The notes under the pieces were generated by a model, which was not told the DNA's origin, did not search any database, and saw only the letters and a list, made by a program, of their open reading frames with translations. The position numbers and the translations under genes are program-made. From Mustelus asterias (taxonomy: Eukaryota), in NCBI RefSeq assembly GCF_964213995.1, contig NC_135813.1:61070001-61134000 (forward strand): DNA of 64,000 nt, in the 5' to 3' direction. This document shows, piece after piece, positions 37,142 through 49,400 of the stretch (within the stretch, counting starts at the first letter, position 1; the number at the start of each line of letters is the position of its first letter).

Positions 37142-40100
37142 CAGGAATAGTTTGCTATCGTTATAATTGAATAGAATGTAACTTCGATAAGGGTCGTATC
37201 AGTATTGTGGCAGAAGCAGAAACGCGATTCTGGGAATTCAATGCTGGAGTTGTTGGAACGATTGTATGGATTTGGGGTTGGCAATTTCTTCAACTGGTTT
37301 AGAGAGGAAATGTTAACTGAAGATCGGCAGTAGTTCACAAGGACAGAGGAACAAGGCTGTTTGCAAAGAGAAGTTTGATGGTAATCGGTGTGAAAATATA
37401 ACAGTACCTGAGGAGAGATAGCAACTAATGATATCAACGAAAGTGGAGACAAGAAAAGAAAGTTGGATGGTCAGTAATTTAGCGGAAACATGGTCAACAT
37501 GGGCCTAATGGAAAAACTGAGTTGCGAAAGCGAATGAGGGGATATATGGGAAAAAAAATCGGATTCAACTATGATGCATGCGAAGTAGTGCTTCCTCATT
37601 TCACTCCTAAATAGCTTCGCTTTAATGAAAGAGTGTGCCCTATTTTGCTGGATTGTGTTATTAGTGGAAATGATTTCTCTGGACCTATCCTTTCACACCC
37701 GCTGACCATTTTAAATACGTCGAATACGTATAGAGTGCAGGGGAAGACAGACAGTGAGTTGCCTTGAGTGATTTAGCACAAAAATCTTGCTATTCCAATC
37801 TATATACTCATTAAGGGTTTTAACTCTCTTCACTATAAGCACTTGGTTTAGCAAAGCCACACAAATTGTTGCTTATCCATAGCCTCATATCAATCAAGAA
37901 ACAAGAGTTCCTGAAACATTTTCAACCACTTTTGTGCAAAATACCAGTGTTTGAAAGTCATGCCTTCTCAAATAGAAAGTGCCTCTGGCCGTCTGTATAT
38001 AAGGCAGTTCCAAGTAAGGATAAAGTTCAACATTTCTTGCTGAGCCAGTGTTCCCGCACGTTATATTGGTGTTCAGTATGCTTCCATGATGCAGCATGGT
38101 CCAAATTGTCAAAACATGCTCTTGACTGCATCTATTCTTAGGTGCACTATTTTAAGATACTGCTTCCGCAATCCTTGCTGATATAAAAGTGTTTATCTTT
38201 TTATTACTGGATTGTAACTCTGGAAATATCTGAGTCTCTTTTAGTGTCTGAGGTGAGGCACTCTCACAGGAGATTCCCCTGGATGCTGTCTGGGCTGTGG
38301 TTATTTTTCGTAGAACAGAGTAAGCTGAGGTGTAACTCATCAAGGTGCAAATAATTATGAACGATACAGATAGCAAGAAACCTTTCACCTCAGTAGAGGG
38401 GTCAATAATCGGGGGGCATAGATTTAAGGTCAGGAGCAGGAGATTTAGAGGAGGTTTGAAGAAATTCTTCTTCAGCCAGAGGGTGCTGGGAATCTGGAAC
38501 TCAATGTCTGCAAGAGTGGCGGAGGAAGGAACCCTCACGACACTGAAGAAACATTTTGATGAGCAATTGAAAAGTCATTGCATACACCGATACGGGCCGA
38601 GTGCTGGTAATTGAATCAGAATAGATAAGTTTTTTGGTGGTCGGCACAGACGCGAAGGGCCTCATTCTGAGCTGGATTCCCCCCTCCAGCTTTAAAGGGT
38701 AATACATAGTACGTTTCAGCAACCGGTCTTAAAAATCAGCAATTACTTCACCCTGACGAATCAGTCCTGTACCCATTTATCATACCAATATATCCGCGGC
38801 AATTGTACCGCCCCGCCCACCACGGAATCAGAGCGGATGAGGGCGGACAACGGAAATGTCCCTTGACCTCTGGCGGGAATTTCGGGTCTCGATCGAGCGA
38901 GAACGTAAAAATCCCGTAGCTCAGTGTGAAAACCTAAGTCCAGCGCTCCAGATGTGATCTGATCAAGGCTGTAGACAACAGAAAGCATTACTTCCCCACT
39001 TTTTAGTTTCAATGCCCTTGTGATGAAGGCAGGCATTCGGTTTGATTTCTAATTTACCTTGTGGTCATGAAGTTTTTAATGACTTATGTCCAGGAACACC
39101 TAAATCCCTTTGTTCATTCAAAGCATCTCGCCGCGTAGCTTTATGGAAAATATTTCGAGCTACTCGCTATCATATTTTGGTCACAGAATCACAGAATTCA
39201 CTGGTCCATTCACTTAGTTTATCTATGAAGAGTCAGCCAACTTGCGATACCTCCTTATCTTAAGCTGATCTACCGATGTGTTTATGAAACTCTCGAACCC
39301 TCAATTTGAACGGCAAAATGATCTCGTTCCAGAAATGATCCTCAGGAAACTGCATTTGTCACATCCAGCCAATGAAGGAACAAATCCTTGATTGGCACTT
39401 TCTCTCTCCTACCCATAAACAATTCCCTACCTATATGTTCAAATAAATTATTTATTCCTTCTGCCACTGGGTCTATTTTATGTTTCCCTGTTTCGGACTC
39501 ACTCACGGTGGAAAATCTTTCTCTGTGTTCCCGTATCACACCTTTTCCGAACATTAAAGCCGCCTATTACTCCTCCGCATCCTCTCCTCAGAGAAAAGAG
39601 CCCAACATATTCATTTTCCTGATAGGTACATTGTCCCAATCGCAGTAAATATCTGGCAAATAATTTTTGCACATTCTCGTGCCCTACAAGATCATTTTTG
39701 AGGTATGTAGACCATAGATGAGGAAAACTCTATAAAACGCTAATAAATCCCCGGGTGTTTTGTTTTGTTCTTCTGGAAGTGCACCAGCACCTTGTTTGCA
39801 CTTTTTATCAACTGCGCAACTTCTTGCTACATATAGCAATTTATGTCTTGCAAGCCCAAATCTAACTGAAGAAATAAAACAATAACGTATCAAAGGGATG
39901 TCCTGTCGACTTTGTGATTCGTGTGAAGATGAAGTTTAAAAAAACAGACTATGTTCGGAGCTGGTTTGAGTCAATGCCTCACTGAAAATGCATCTGGGGA
40001 AGTTGACATGTTAGTAAAGCGCCTGCTTCAGTATGATCATTATTGGCCAATTAAAGCAATCGGATAGTTTATTTAAAAAATGATTTGCAGTCCCAGATCC

Positions 40101-40478
40101 TGCATTGTATCGGGTGTATTAAAAAATGAGGCAGTGACAGAGTTTGCCCTGAATATTGGTAATCAGGTGGTGTAGAAATGTCTGCCCGTTTAATGTATTT
40201 TTGTAAATCTCGAGACGCAGTTCAGCCCTTTCATTATAATGGCAGAATGTAACGAGGTCCATTAAAAAAAAAAGTTGCAATATTACTTCATGGTGCTAAT
40301 TTAATGTCACCGATCGTCTCCTTGTTGCGCCTGGATATCATTGGCTTTAAATAAAATGTGCAGAATATCACAATGATAGAATCTCACTATTTAATTCCCC
40401 TTGGAATGCTGCCATTAATTGTTTTTAAGGGAAAGAGAGAGAATAACAGAACGCCGGTCGAGATAACGCTATAATGAT

Positions 40479-40484
40479 TTTATT
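40479..40484 (-). terminator. Polyadenylation signal AATAAA of gene 3
   Basis: Paralogous to 1740-1745. Confidence 0.8.
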
Positions 40485-40678
40485 ACACAGCTGTATCAAT
40501 GACATTACAGTGAAGCTTTGATCCATTCAGGGTGAACACAGTTAATTTGAAACTAAGGGAGTCAGCCGATCTGCTACAAACTGTGATGAAATGTTTGAAA
40601 TGTTCCACTATTTGCGGAATTTATTTTGAAATAACACTTTACCAACGGCAGAATACAAGAATGCATTAGATGCGTGAA

Positions 40679-41001
40679 TCAGATACAGTTGGATCTGGAG
40701 ATGCTTGTTTGAAGTGGGTTTGCTTGAGTCTCGTGTTTAACCGCACAGGCGTAAAGCTCGTGTGAGTTCCACTCTGAGGCTAACAGAGTCAGATAACTGC
40801 TCACACTGAACGTGTTGTCCGCCTCTTGCTGGATCCCACTGGTCTCAACCCCATTGCTTCTGACGCTGCCATCTACAGTCCATTCAATCTCCGCAGCTCC
40901 TGGGTTAAAACCGCTCACCAAACACACCAGGGTCGCCATGTTCTTCGCTGTGATTTGATCCGCTGAAGGCGGAAGGAGAGACACAATGGGGCTCCGTGGA
41001 T
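40679..41001 (-). CDS. IGLC: Ig light chain gene 3, constant exon
   Basis: Intact C1-set domain; private R>G and V>A changes. Confidence 0.96.
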
Positions 41002-44000
41002 CTGGAAAGTAGAGACAAATGATTGCACATCCATTAAGAATCGGCATAAATCACTGAATCGTTGTTTCACCTTCTTCAAATTGTTTTTTAAAATCGGTAT
41101 TATTCTACAAGAATGTATATATTTTACATTGCGGAGTCTTATTGTTGCCAAATGCAAAAAGGCCATGACTCTCGTTTCTGGAACACATACAACCTGAGAA
41201 GGTTTTCCTTTTTTCCCTGCATGGACAGGAACATGCAAACAAAATCTGATCTAAAGGAAATAGTGGAGGTTGAAATATTAAAGAGAAAAATAAGACGGGA
41301 GGTTTATTGCATCCAGATGTGATCTGAGGCAACGCTGTCCGAACCAGCGTCACGACCAAAGAGAATTTCAGAACAACGCCAATCACTCAGAATTTGGGGT
41401 CAATATCGGAACTTCTGCTGACCGCAACATTTCTATATTTTGCAACTCAAAAATCTCGATTCTAAATAATGAAATTGATTGTTTGCTTTTGTCACCATTT
41501 ACACTTCTCTGACGCAAGTCCTACATACTGAGACTGATGTTTGGATTTGTGTACATTCTTTACCACGGCCTCACAAGGTGTCCCGCCCAGACCAACAGTG
41601 ACGACGGAGCGTAAATCTTAACAAATAACTCCCTTTTGCAATGGAAATGTTTGGAGACATTTTTGCGGGTGGAGTGTCACAAAAGATTTGTTACAGCAAA
41701 GAGGAAGAGATTCGAACAAATATTGTAAACAATTCTAGTATATTAGAACATAACGTAACGACACCCTCAAAAGGCCAGTAATAAACCAAACATGTCCTCA
41801 TAATTATTTATCTCTCACACCTTTTCGCCAAAGCAGACGGACTGTGAGATCTTACTGTGCTTAGATAGGGAGCCATGATTCTGACATTTGAAGAATGATT
41901 CCACTTCACAAGCACTTAATTGTGAGGATGTTCTGAGGCCGTGGTCGGCGCCAAATCAATGCAGGTTTGCATTTTCTTTCCTTTGTCATTAGTAGATATT
42001 CGCAAAGCTGAAAGGGCGTTGTCTCAGAATCTTGTCTCTTTAAGTCACCATTTACCACTTAAGTTACCATCTATCACAGTCAATGGAGAAACGCTCAGTA
42101 AATAGGTTGAGGCGTTGTAAGGCATCGAAGAAAGGGTTCAAATATGAATATCCATTTCTAACTAAAAGGATAAGTCTGACCTTTTACAGTTCGCCCTGAC
42201 ATTGAGGTATTATGTCGGCTACAACAACAATATGAGGGTTGTCGCTGTCGGTGTAAAAATCGAGTGTCTTTGGAGCTACAAATTCGTCATGTTTTTTTTT
42301 GGAATGTAATTTGGATGTTGAAACTGAGTCGGCAGACAAATGCCGCCTGCCCTTATTTCAATGTTGGTATCGTCTTCCTGCGCAACCGAGAGTTTCGCTG
42401 AATAATCTCAAATGTCTGCACCGATGAGCAGGTGTGACGATCAACTTCTATTTAAACGGAAGCGTACTTAAGTGAATTATTTTTACACCGGCATTTTCTC
42501 CAGATATGATTTCTCAAAGTAACAACTAAAATATTCAAGAGCATTTTTCTCCTTTTTGCCTCATGCTGGTCCATTTCACCGTAACATAGTCCAATAAACA
42601 TATGACTTGAAGAAGAAAATAAAAAATAAAGAAAAGGAAGATTGAGAAGGGAAGAGACCCTGACCATAATTTTCCCATCGTGTCTGGAGCAGGCTTGGCT
42701 CTCAGAGACAGGAGGACAGATGAAATTGTGAAAGGGCGAAAAGGGGGTAACATAGTTTTAGACCAGTGAACCAAACCTCACTAAAGGGAGAACAATTGGA
42801 AGAAGCGCTGTTTAATCAAATGCAGCAGACACGGCTTTGCTGGCGGAATATCTTACCTCACAGCGTGAATTGGTATTTTTGAGCAGGTAGCATGAGCGGT
42901 GAATGACGGCAATATTTTTAGTATCGTCTACATGGATTTTAGCAAGGCTCTTGTTAAGTTCACACATAGGTATGAACAGGTTGGATGCGAAATTGGCTCA
43001 GATGCAGGAAGTAAAGGGTCCGTATATCAATGAGTGCCTCTATGATTGTTGTCAGATAATACAAATTTGACAATGTGTTTGCTAACGAAGAAAGCTGGAT
43101 AATGCAGGAAGACAACAATGGACTAGTCAGATAAGTTCAACAGCGGCAAATGGAATTAAATGCGGAAAAGTATGAGGAACTGTATTTTTCAGGAAGGTCA
43201 ATAAAACAAGCGAGTACACGATATAAATGGGACAATGCCGAGAAATGTAGAGAAACTGAGTGAACTGAAAATGCATTTCCGCAGATCCTGAAGGCGGCTG
43301 AGCAAGTGGATATGGTAGCAAAGAAGGCATGTGAGGCAGTTACATTTATAAGCCGAGGTATAGATTGTTAGAACTTGGAGGTTATGCTGAAACTGCTGGA
43401 AAGGTGCGTAGGAAACATGTAATTGTATGAGAGCGAGTACAGGGGAGATCTCGAGGGATGTCGGCTGAAATGGAATATTTAGTTATCAGTGTTGAATTGG
43501 CCAGCGTTCTTTTCTTTGGAACAGACGAGGCTGGAAGGAGATCTAATGGAAGGCATCATATTCAGAGGTGTCTGGACAGAATGGATAGGAAAACAGATTT
43601 GCCAATGGTTGATGGGTCGATAAGAACGGCACTTGGATTTAGCGTTAGAAGTAGAAGGTTTAGCGGAGATTCGAAGGGAATAGTTTCACCCAGAGGGTTT
43701 TGGGGGATGTGGAACCGACTGCCGGGAAGGCTGTTAGTGGCAAATTAATGGACACTTAAACGCACATACAATGTGTAATCGAAAGGCTCATGAATAAATG
43801 TTAGATTGTTCCTTGTGAACCAGTGCAGACACGATTGACCAAGGAGGTTGTAACAATGTTGCCAAGATATATCATTCTATGATTCTGCGAATATATTATA
43901 TTGCTTTCCTCCCTCACTGAGGCACAGGGGCTACAGTGTGCATATTTCTGAGGCACCCTGCCGCAACTCCGACAAGAGCTTCCAAACCAGCCATGTTTTC

Positions 44001-45368
44001 CAGTGGACGAACACACGGGCAGCAGATGCACGGTAGCACCACCAGTTGGTAAATCCCCATCAATCCACACAGCATACCAAAGTAGAACTGTACCGCCTTT
44101 CCTTCACTGTCGCTTGGCAAAAAACTCTTAACTCCCTCCCTAAGAGCTCTGCGATGCATCTCTGACACATGGACGACATCGGTTTGAGAATCCGGCTCAC
44201 TATCACTTTATCCATGGATATTAGGCGGGGTGCAATGAATGTTAGCTTTCTGGTCACATCCCATGATTCAATGAAAATGGTAGTAATCCCCATGTTTTGT
44301 TGTATTACTACTCACTGACAATCACAGAACCAGCAGCAGAGCTGAACGAGTCCACAACAATACTCAAAAACCTGACAACTTATTCCGAGACATTCCAGAA
44401 TAACTGATTGGATAGGAAGAAAATGAACCGTAATTTCCGAGGGAAGCAAACATTCTGCGCATCGATTGTGTTTGTTACTACGTTATCCAGTAACACTCAG
44501 GATCGATTAGTACTGGCGGAATTCTCGCAACAATATGGTTATTTTGATCACCTGTGATTAATGCGAAATATTAGGCTGAGAATCTTGTACCGAACTGTTT
44601 TCGGTGAGTTTGGGGACCAGTGGGAATGGGTCCCACCCAGGTACCACACTATCCTTCCGCAGGCTGAATGCAAGAAAGATCTTAAAACACAATGTTGCTT
44701 CAAGTGGAACAAAGCAGCCTGATGTGAACGTTTTGAATGTAATTCCAGCGTTGTAAACCAGACTACAAGGGCAGCATGTGAAACAGCCTGAACCACTATA
44801 TTGCTTTCATACAATCATGGAATTATAAAGCACACAACGGGGCCCATCGGAGCTTGTAAAAAACCTGCCCACTCAGATCATTTTCATGCCTGTTTTCTTC
44901 ACTTTTGAAATGTTTATCGTCTTGCTAATTATAGTTCCGCTCGCGGTGTTCATATAGCGAGGGTACTCCACTCCTAACACTGGCTGAGCGAATAAAAACA
45001 TCCCATCCTTCCAGCGATTGCATTCAAATAATGTCCTCGCACTGCCGACTGGATCAGATGGCTCAAACGTCTGGAGAGCCGCAGCAGATGAGGCCGTAAG
45101 CTTCCAGTGAAATGAATTTCACTCGAAATTAAATTGCCCCTTTACCCGATCCCATAATTGGACACAATCTAGAAAATCACCAAAGTTCTGAGCCCAGCTA
45201 TCACTGCAATGTCTTTGGCTGCTGACTCAAGGATCCCCCATAAAAATATTTTCGCAGCAACCATTTTGATTTGCACTCATTCAATCCACCTATCCGACCG
45301 TTTCGAAGTACATTTTGTTATTTAGATAGCGTCACAAATGTTAGAGGACATTTAAGTGATTTACTTAC

Positions 45369-45716
45369 TGTTCAGATTCAACTTCGTTCCTCTCCCGAAA
45401 ATGAATCTATATGGACTGCTGAGCTCAGTGCCACAGTAATAATCTGCAGCGTCCTCCGATTGCACGTTGGTGATGGTTAAATGCATCTTGTTACTCGATG
45501 AGTCCACAGACCCGGTGAATCGATCTGGAATACCCGAAGCTGTATCAGCGCTCTCATCCCAAACAAGCACAGGGGCGCTACCGGGTTTCTGCCAGTACCA
45601 GCTCATGAAGTAGCTGCTAATGCTGCCTCCGGACATGGTACAAGTGATTGTGACGGTCTCTCCCGTTGAGGCCGAAATGGATCCTGGTTGGGTCAGGACA
45701 GGATCCGCAATTGTAC
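45369..45716 (-). CDS. IGLV: Ig light chain gene 3, germline-joined V-J exon (FR1 ETVTITC, CDR1 GGSISSYFMS, CDR2 DESADT, CDR3 GTELSSPYRFI, ends KLNLN)
   Basis: Open 348-nt exon, intact splice sites and canonical residues; no RSS. Confidence 0.96.
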
Positions 45717-45856
45717 CTGGTGAAATGCAAAGTATTGTCAGTCACACACTGTGAAATGTTGAATATAGCTTACAATTCAGGTTCGTTAAATCACAAGCGC
45801 AAAAGCAGATAATGTGAAAAAAATGAGCGTTACTTCAGGTTGACGCCCGTACTTAC

Positions 45857-45905
45857 TGTGGAAACAGAGTATCAGTGCGGCGAGAACTCCAATCGATTGT
45901 GTCAT
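45857..45905 (-). CDS. IGLV: Ig light chain gene 3, leader exon
   Basis: Identical to the gene 1 and 2 leaders; GTAAGT donor. Confidence 0.93.
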
Positions 45906-45981
45906 GGTGAAGGTTTGGGGAGAGGAAGAAGGAAAATAAATCCTGACACGAATGTGCTTCTGATTCCATTCCAAACTCTCC

Positions 45982-46106
45982 TTAAAAAGATTCAGACACC
46001 GCAGGGCGAATGAATATTAATTACGTATGCAAATTGCCTGTCACGTGGTATTAGGCCAAAGATCTCCATTTCGGTATTGTCTGATATTTGGAGAATGCGC
46101 ACGTCA
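45982..46106 (-). promoter_or_regulatory. Promoter of gene 3: octamer 46027-46034, TATA-like 45982-45988, E-box 46042-46047, CRE-like 46100-46106
   Basis: Same motifs and spacing as gene 1. Confidence 0.82.
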
Positions 46107-46402
46107 GCCATTTTGGAACAGAAGAAAAATAAATCTCCCAAGCCACAGAATAGCATGCAAAATGGCTCAATAACCTCCCCTCCAAAAAATAAACGGTGCG
46201 GTGAAACACAAAGAGATTAAATGGATCGTGTCTTGATCTCTGGAAGCCTGCCGATTACAATAAATAAATATTGCGACAGAAAGCTGTTTAATAGGTGCAT
46301 CGTTTTTGGTGAATAAATTAGAGACGAAACGTGCGAGTTGAGATTTCATGTGCACACAGAGAGGTGTAAGGGAATTGACCACCGTCCGTATTGGCTTCTC
46401 GG

Positions 46403-46421
46403 GATAGATAGATAGACAGAC

Positions 46422-46482
<61 letters not shown>
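46403..46482 (+). repeat. (GATA)n microsatellite, 20 units including two GACA
   Basis: Read directly; about 500 bp upstream of the gene 3 ATG. Confidence 0.97.
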
Positions 46483-49400
46483 TCTGAAGTGAGTGAATGA
46501 TCGCCAAGCCCCGAGGAACATTTTATTACCTACCTGGAATGTGATTGAGGTCCCAAAACTCTCCACTCAGCACTATTCAAGTGTTGGAAACCCACGGCAT
46601 TCACAGTGAGTTAAGCCTTGGCAAAATGAAATGCTCTAGGAAACAGAGCTTTTCGCATGATTTTCGTTATTGGATTTGAGGGATACATTTGCTGTCATTT
46701 GAAAGGATGAGTTTGAGAATGTCAATGCACTGGCCGACGTCGGAATGAGCTGAAAGTAGCAGTTTTTTCAAATCAGATTTCTGATGGCAGGTGACCCTAC
46801 CCCCAACACCACCCTCGCTTCCCGCCGCACAACAGTATTGCAGAAGTCATAGTACAATGTTCCATTGCTCACTCATTTGAAAAGTTAAACAAAATCAGGC
46901 AAGCAAATTAAATGCTGATAACGTTAGCTTATCACACACCTTCACCCCATGTGCCCTTGAACAATTGTGAGAAGTAACCTTTTGATTATGCAGCTGAGGC
47001 GCACAGAGGAGAACGAGAAGAAATGAATTAATTACTTCGCCTGGAGAGCTGACGATCGCGGCCACAGGTGCAGTTGCGTCAGTGTAAAGAATTCGAGAAG
47101 CTTCATCGCAGAAGGAGGGCAATCAGTCAATCGCATCCATGTCGGTTCTGTAAAGGAGCGATCGAAGTGGAATTTCTGTCTTGATCTTACTCCAATTTTC
47201 GACACATTTTCCACCTTTTTGAGAGTGATTGTTGAATCTTCTTCCGCCAGCCTTTGATCCAATTGACTCCAGATCATTAAGAGTCGGAACATATTTAACC
47301 ACCACCACCCCTGTTCCTGGGTTATTTCAAATGTTTGCCTTCTGGTGATCAAACATCCCGACATTTGATTCAGCTTCTACTTTCTTTATCCAACACCTTT
47401 AAGAAAATCTTTATCAAATCTACTGTGCAGCTTTAAGGAGAACAACCCCAGGTTCTCTCGTCTTTACATCTAACTGAGGGCCTTTATCGCTGAAAACATG
47501 CGAATACACCTTCTTGCACCCTCTCCACGGCCTTGAAAGACATTCGAAGAATATTGTCAAGAACTGGACTCAATATTCTAGCTAGGGTCGAACAAAGATA
47601 AAAGGGTTAACATATTTGCTTGCATTTGTACCCGGTTGTTGGAATTTTACTGACTCCCGTGCCGACAGAATGAAGGGTGGGGAAGGAATATTAAAATTTC
47701 TCCACCACTGGGAAAATTTCCAACCGGCGGTCAGGTAGAGGGATCAGGAACAGATAATTAAAGTTGTTCGGCTGAAAGATATCGCAGGATATTTACTGAA
47801 AGATATGTCTCAGGTCCACGTCATGCGGTGCAGTCAGTACCCGGGGAGTGAGAGGCTTAAGGCCTTGCTTCTGGGTGGAATGTACAGAGTTGACATCTGC
47901 AGTGTGGAGAGAGGGAGAGAGACAGATACTAGTTCAGTTTAATGCAACAAGACAGCAGGAGCGAGAGAAGAACCACCCTCATGGCGTGCCAGCGGAATCG
48001 GAAAACGATTCGCATCGGGCCAGGAATGCAGGTTAAATTTGACTGAAGACGGTACGCAGCTGAAATAACAGACAGAAAGTGGGCCTACTTCATGGAGATG
48101 TTGAAGTCCCAATAGAACCAATGATGGCGTCCGATTGGAAGCAAAAGAGTTAAACTCTGCGATTCGTGGCAGAGCTGAAGATTGGGAAGATTATAATAAC
48201 CGAGAGGCAATGGCGAATAAAGTAATGACGAAGGAGAATTTAGAGTATGAGAGAATGTTAGCTAGACATATTAAAATAATGTAGGAATTTCTATATGCTT
48301 TTAAAAAAGAAAATGCTCACTAAAATAAGTGTGGTTCCTCTGGAGAAGGAGTATCGGAAATTCATAATACGAAATGAGGAAATGGCGACAGACTTGATAC
48401 ATTTTCACTGCCTCGCTGTGGAATACATAAATAATATCCCAGAAATACTTGCAGGTGAAGAGGTAGAAGGGAGCGAGGAACATAAAGCAATTACAACCAC
48501 CAGATCAATGCTACTGAGAAAACGATCAGAACTAAAGGCTGTCAAGTCGTTAGGGCATCATGGAGCTTGGTAAGATACCCTTAAGGAGAGTGGATGCATA
48601 GGCGATGGGCCAATTGGCCTCACTCTGCATTGTAGTGATTTTATAATTCCATGAGATTGGGAAATAGCTCATCTAACTCCTGTATTCAAGAAAGGAAAGA
48701 GACAGAAAACATGTAACTCCAAGCCAATTAGCCTAACATCTGTCAAAAGTTAAATGTTAGAATCTATTATTAGAAGGTTATCGCAGGGCACTTGCAATTA
48801 TGAAGAGCCAACATGGTTTTGTATAATTGAAGCGATACTTTACTACTTTGTTATCCTTACTTGAGCAACTTATTAGTGACGTGCATAAAGAGGAACCTGT
48901 AGAGTTGGATTTCCAAAACGTATTTCATAAGATGCCGCTTCAAAGATACATTATGAAAAGCCAAATAGGAGCTCATCATGCATGGGGTAATATTTATCAC
49001 GAATCGAGGACTGATTGGCTTACAGAAACAGAGAGGTGGGATAACTGAGCCATTTTGGGGGGGGGGGGGGGGGCGGGGGGTGGTGGTGGTGGTGGTGGGG
49101 GGGGGGGGGGGGGGTAAACTGCAGCCGGTGGTGTATCACACGGATTACATCTCGGGCCTCAACTATTTTCAATTTACAGTAATGACATGGATGATGGGAC
49201 GGACTGATTGCAATTTTTTTCTCACGACATTAATACGGGGAGAAAAGTAAATTGTGAGGTGCGCATAAATAGCATATAAAGGTATTGAGATAGACTACGT
49301 GAGTGGTAAAAAGAAACAGGTGGAGTGCAATGTGGTGAAATGCGAACTCGTCCACTTTGGCAGGAAGAACGGAAAGCAGCAAATTATTCACACGGGGATG

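Larger units (their letters stand above)
19229..38740. repeat. Tandem segmental duplication, period 2 (19,512 bp)
   Basis: Collinear with period 1, a few percent or less divergent by eye; carries a private 321-bp insertion. Confidence 0.97.
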
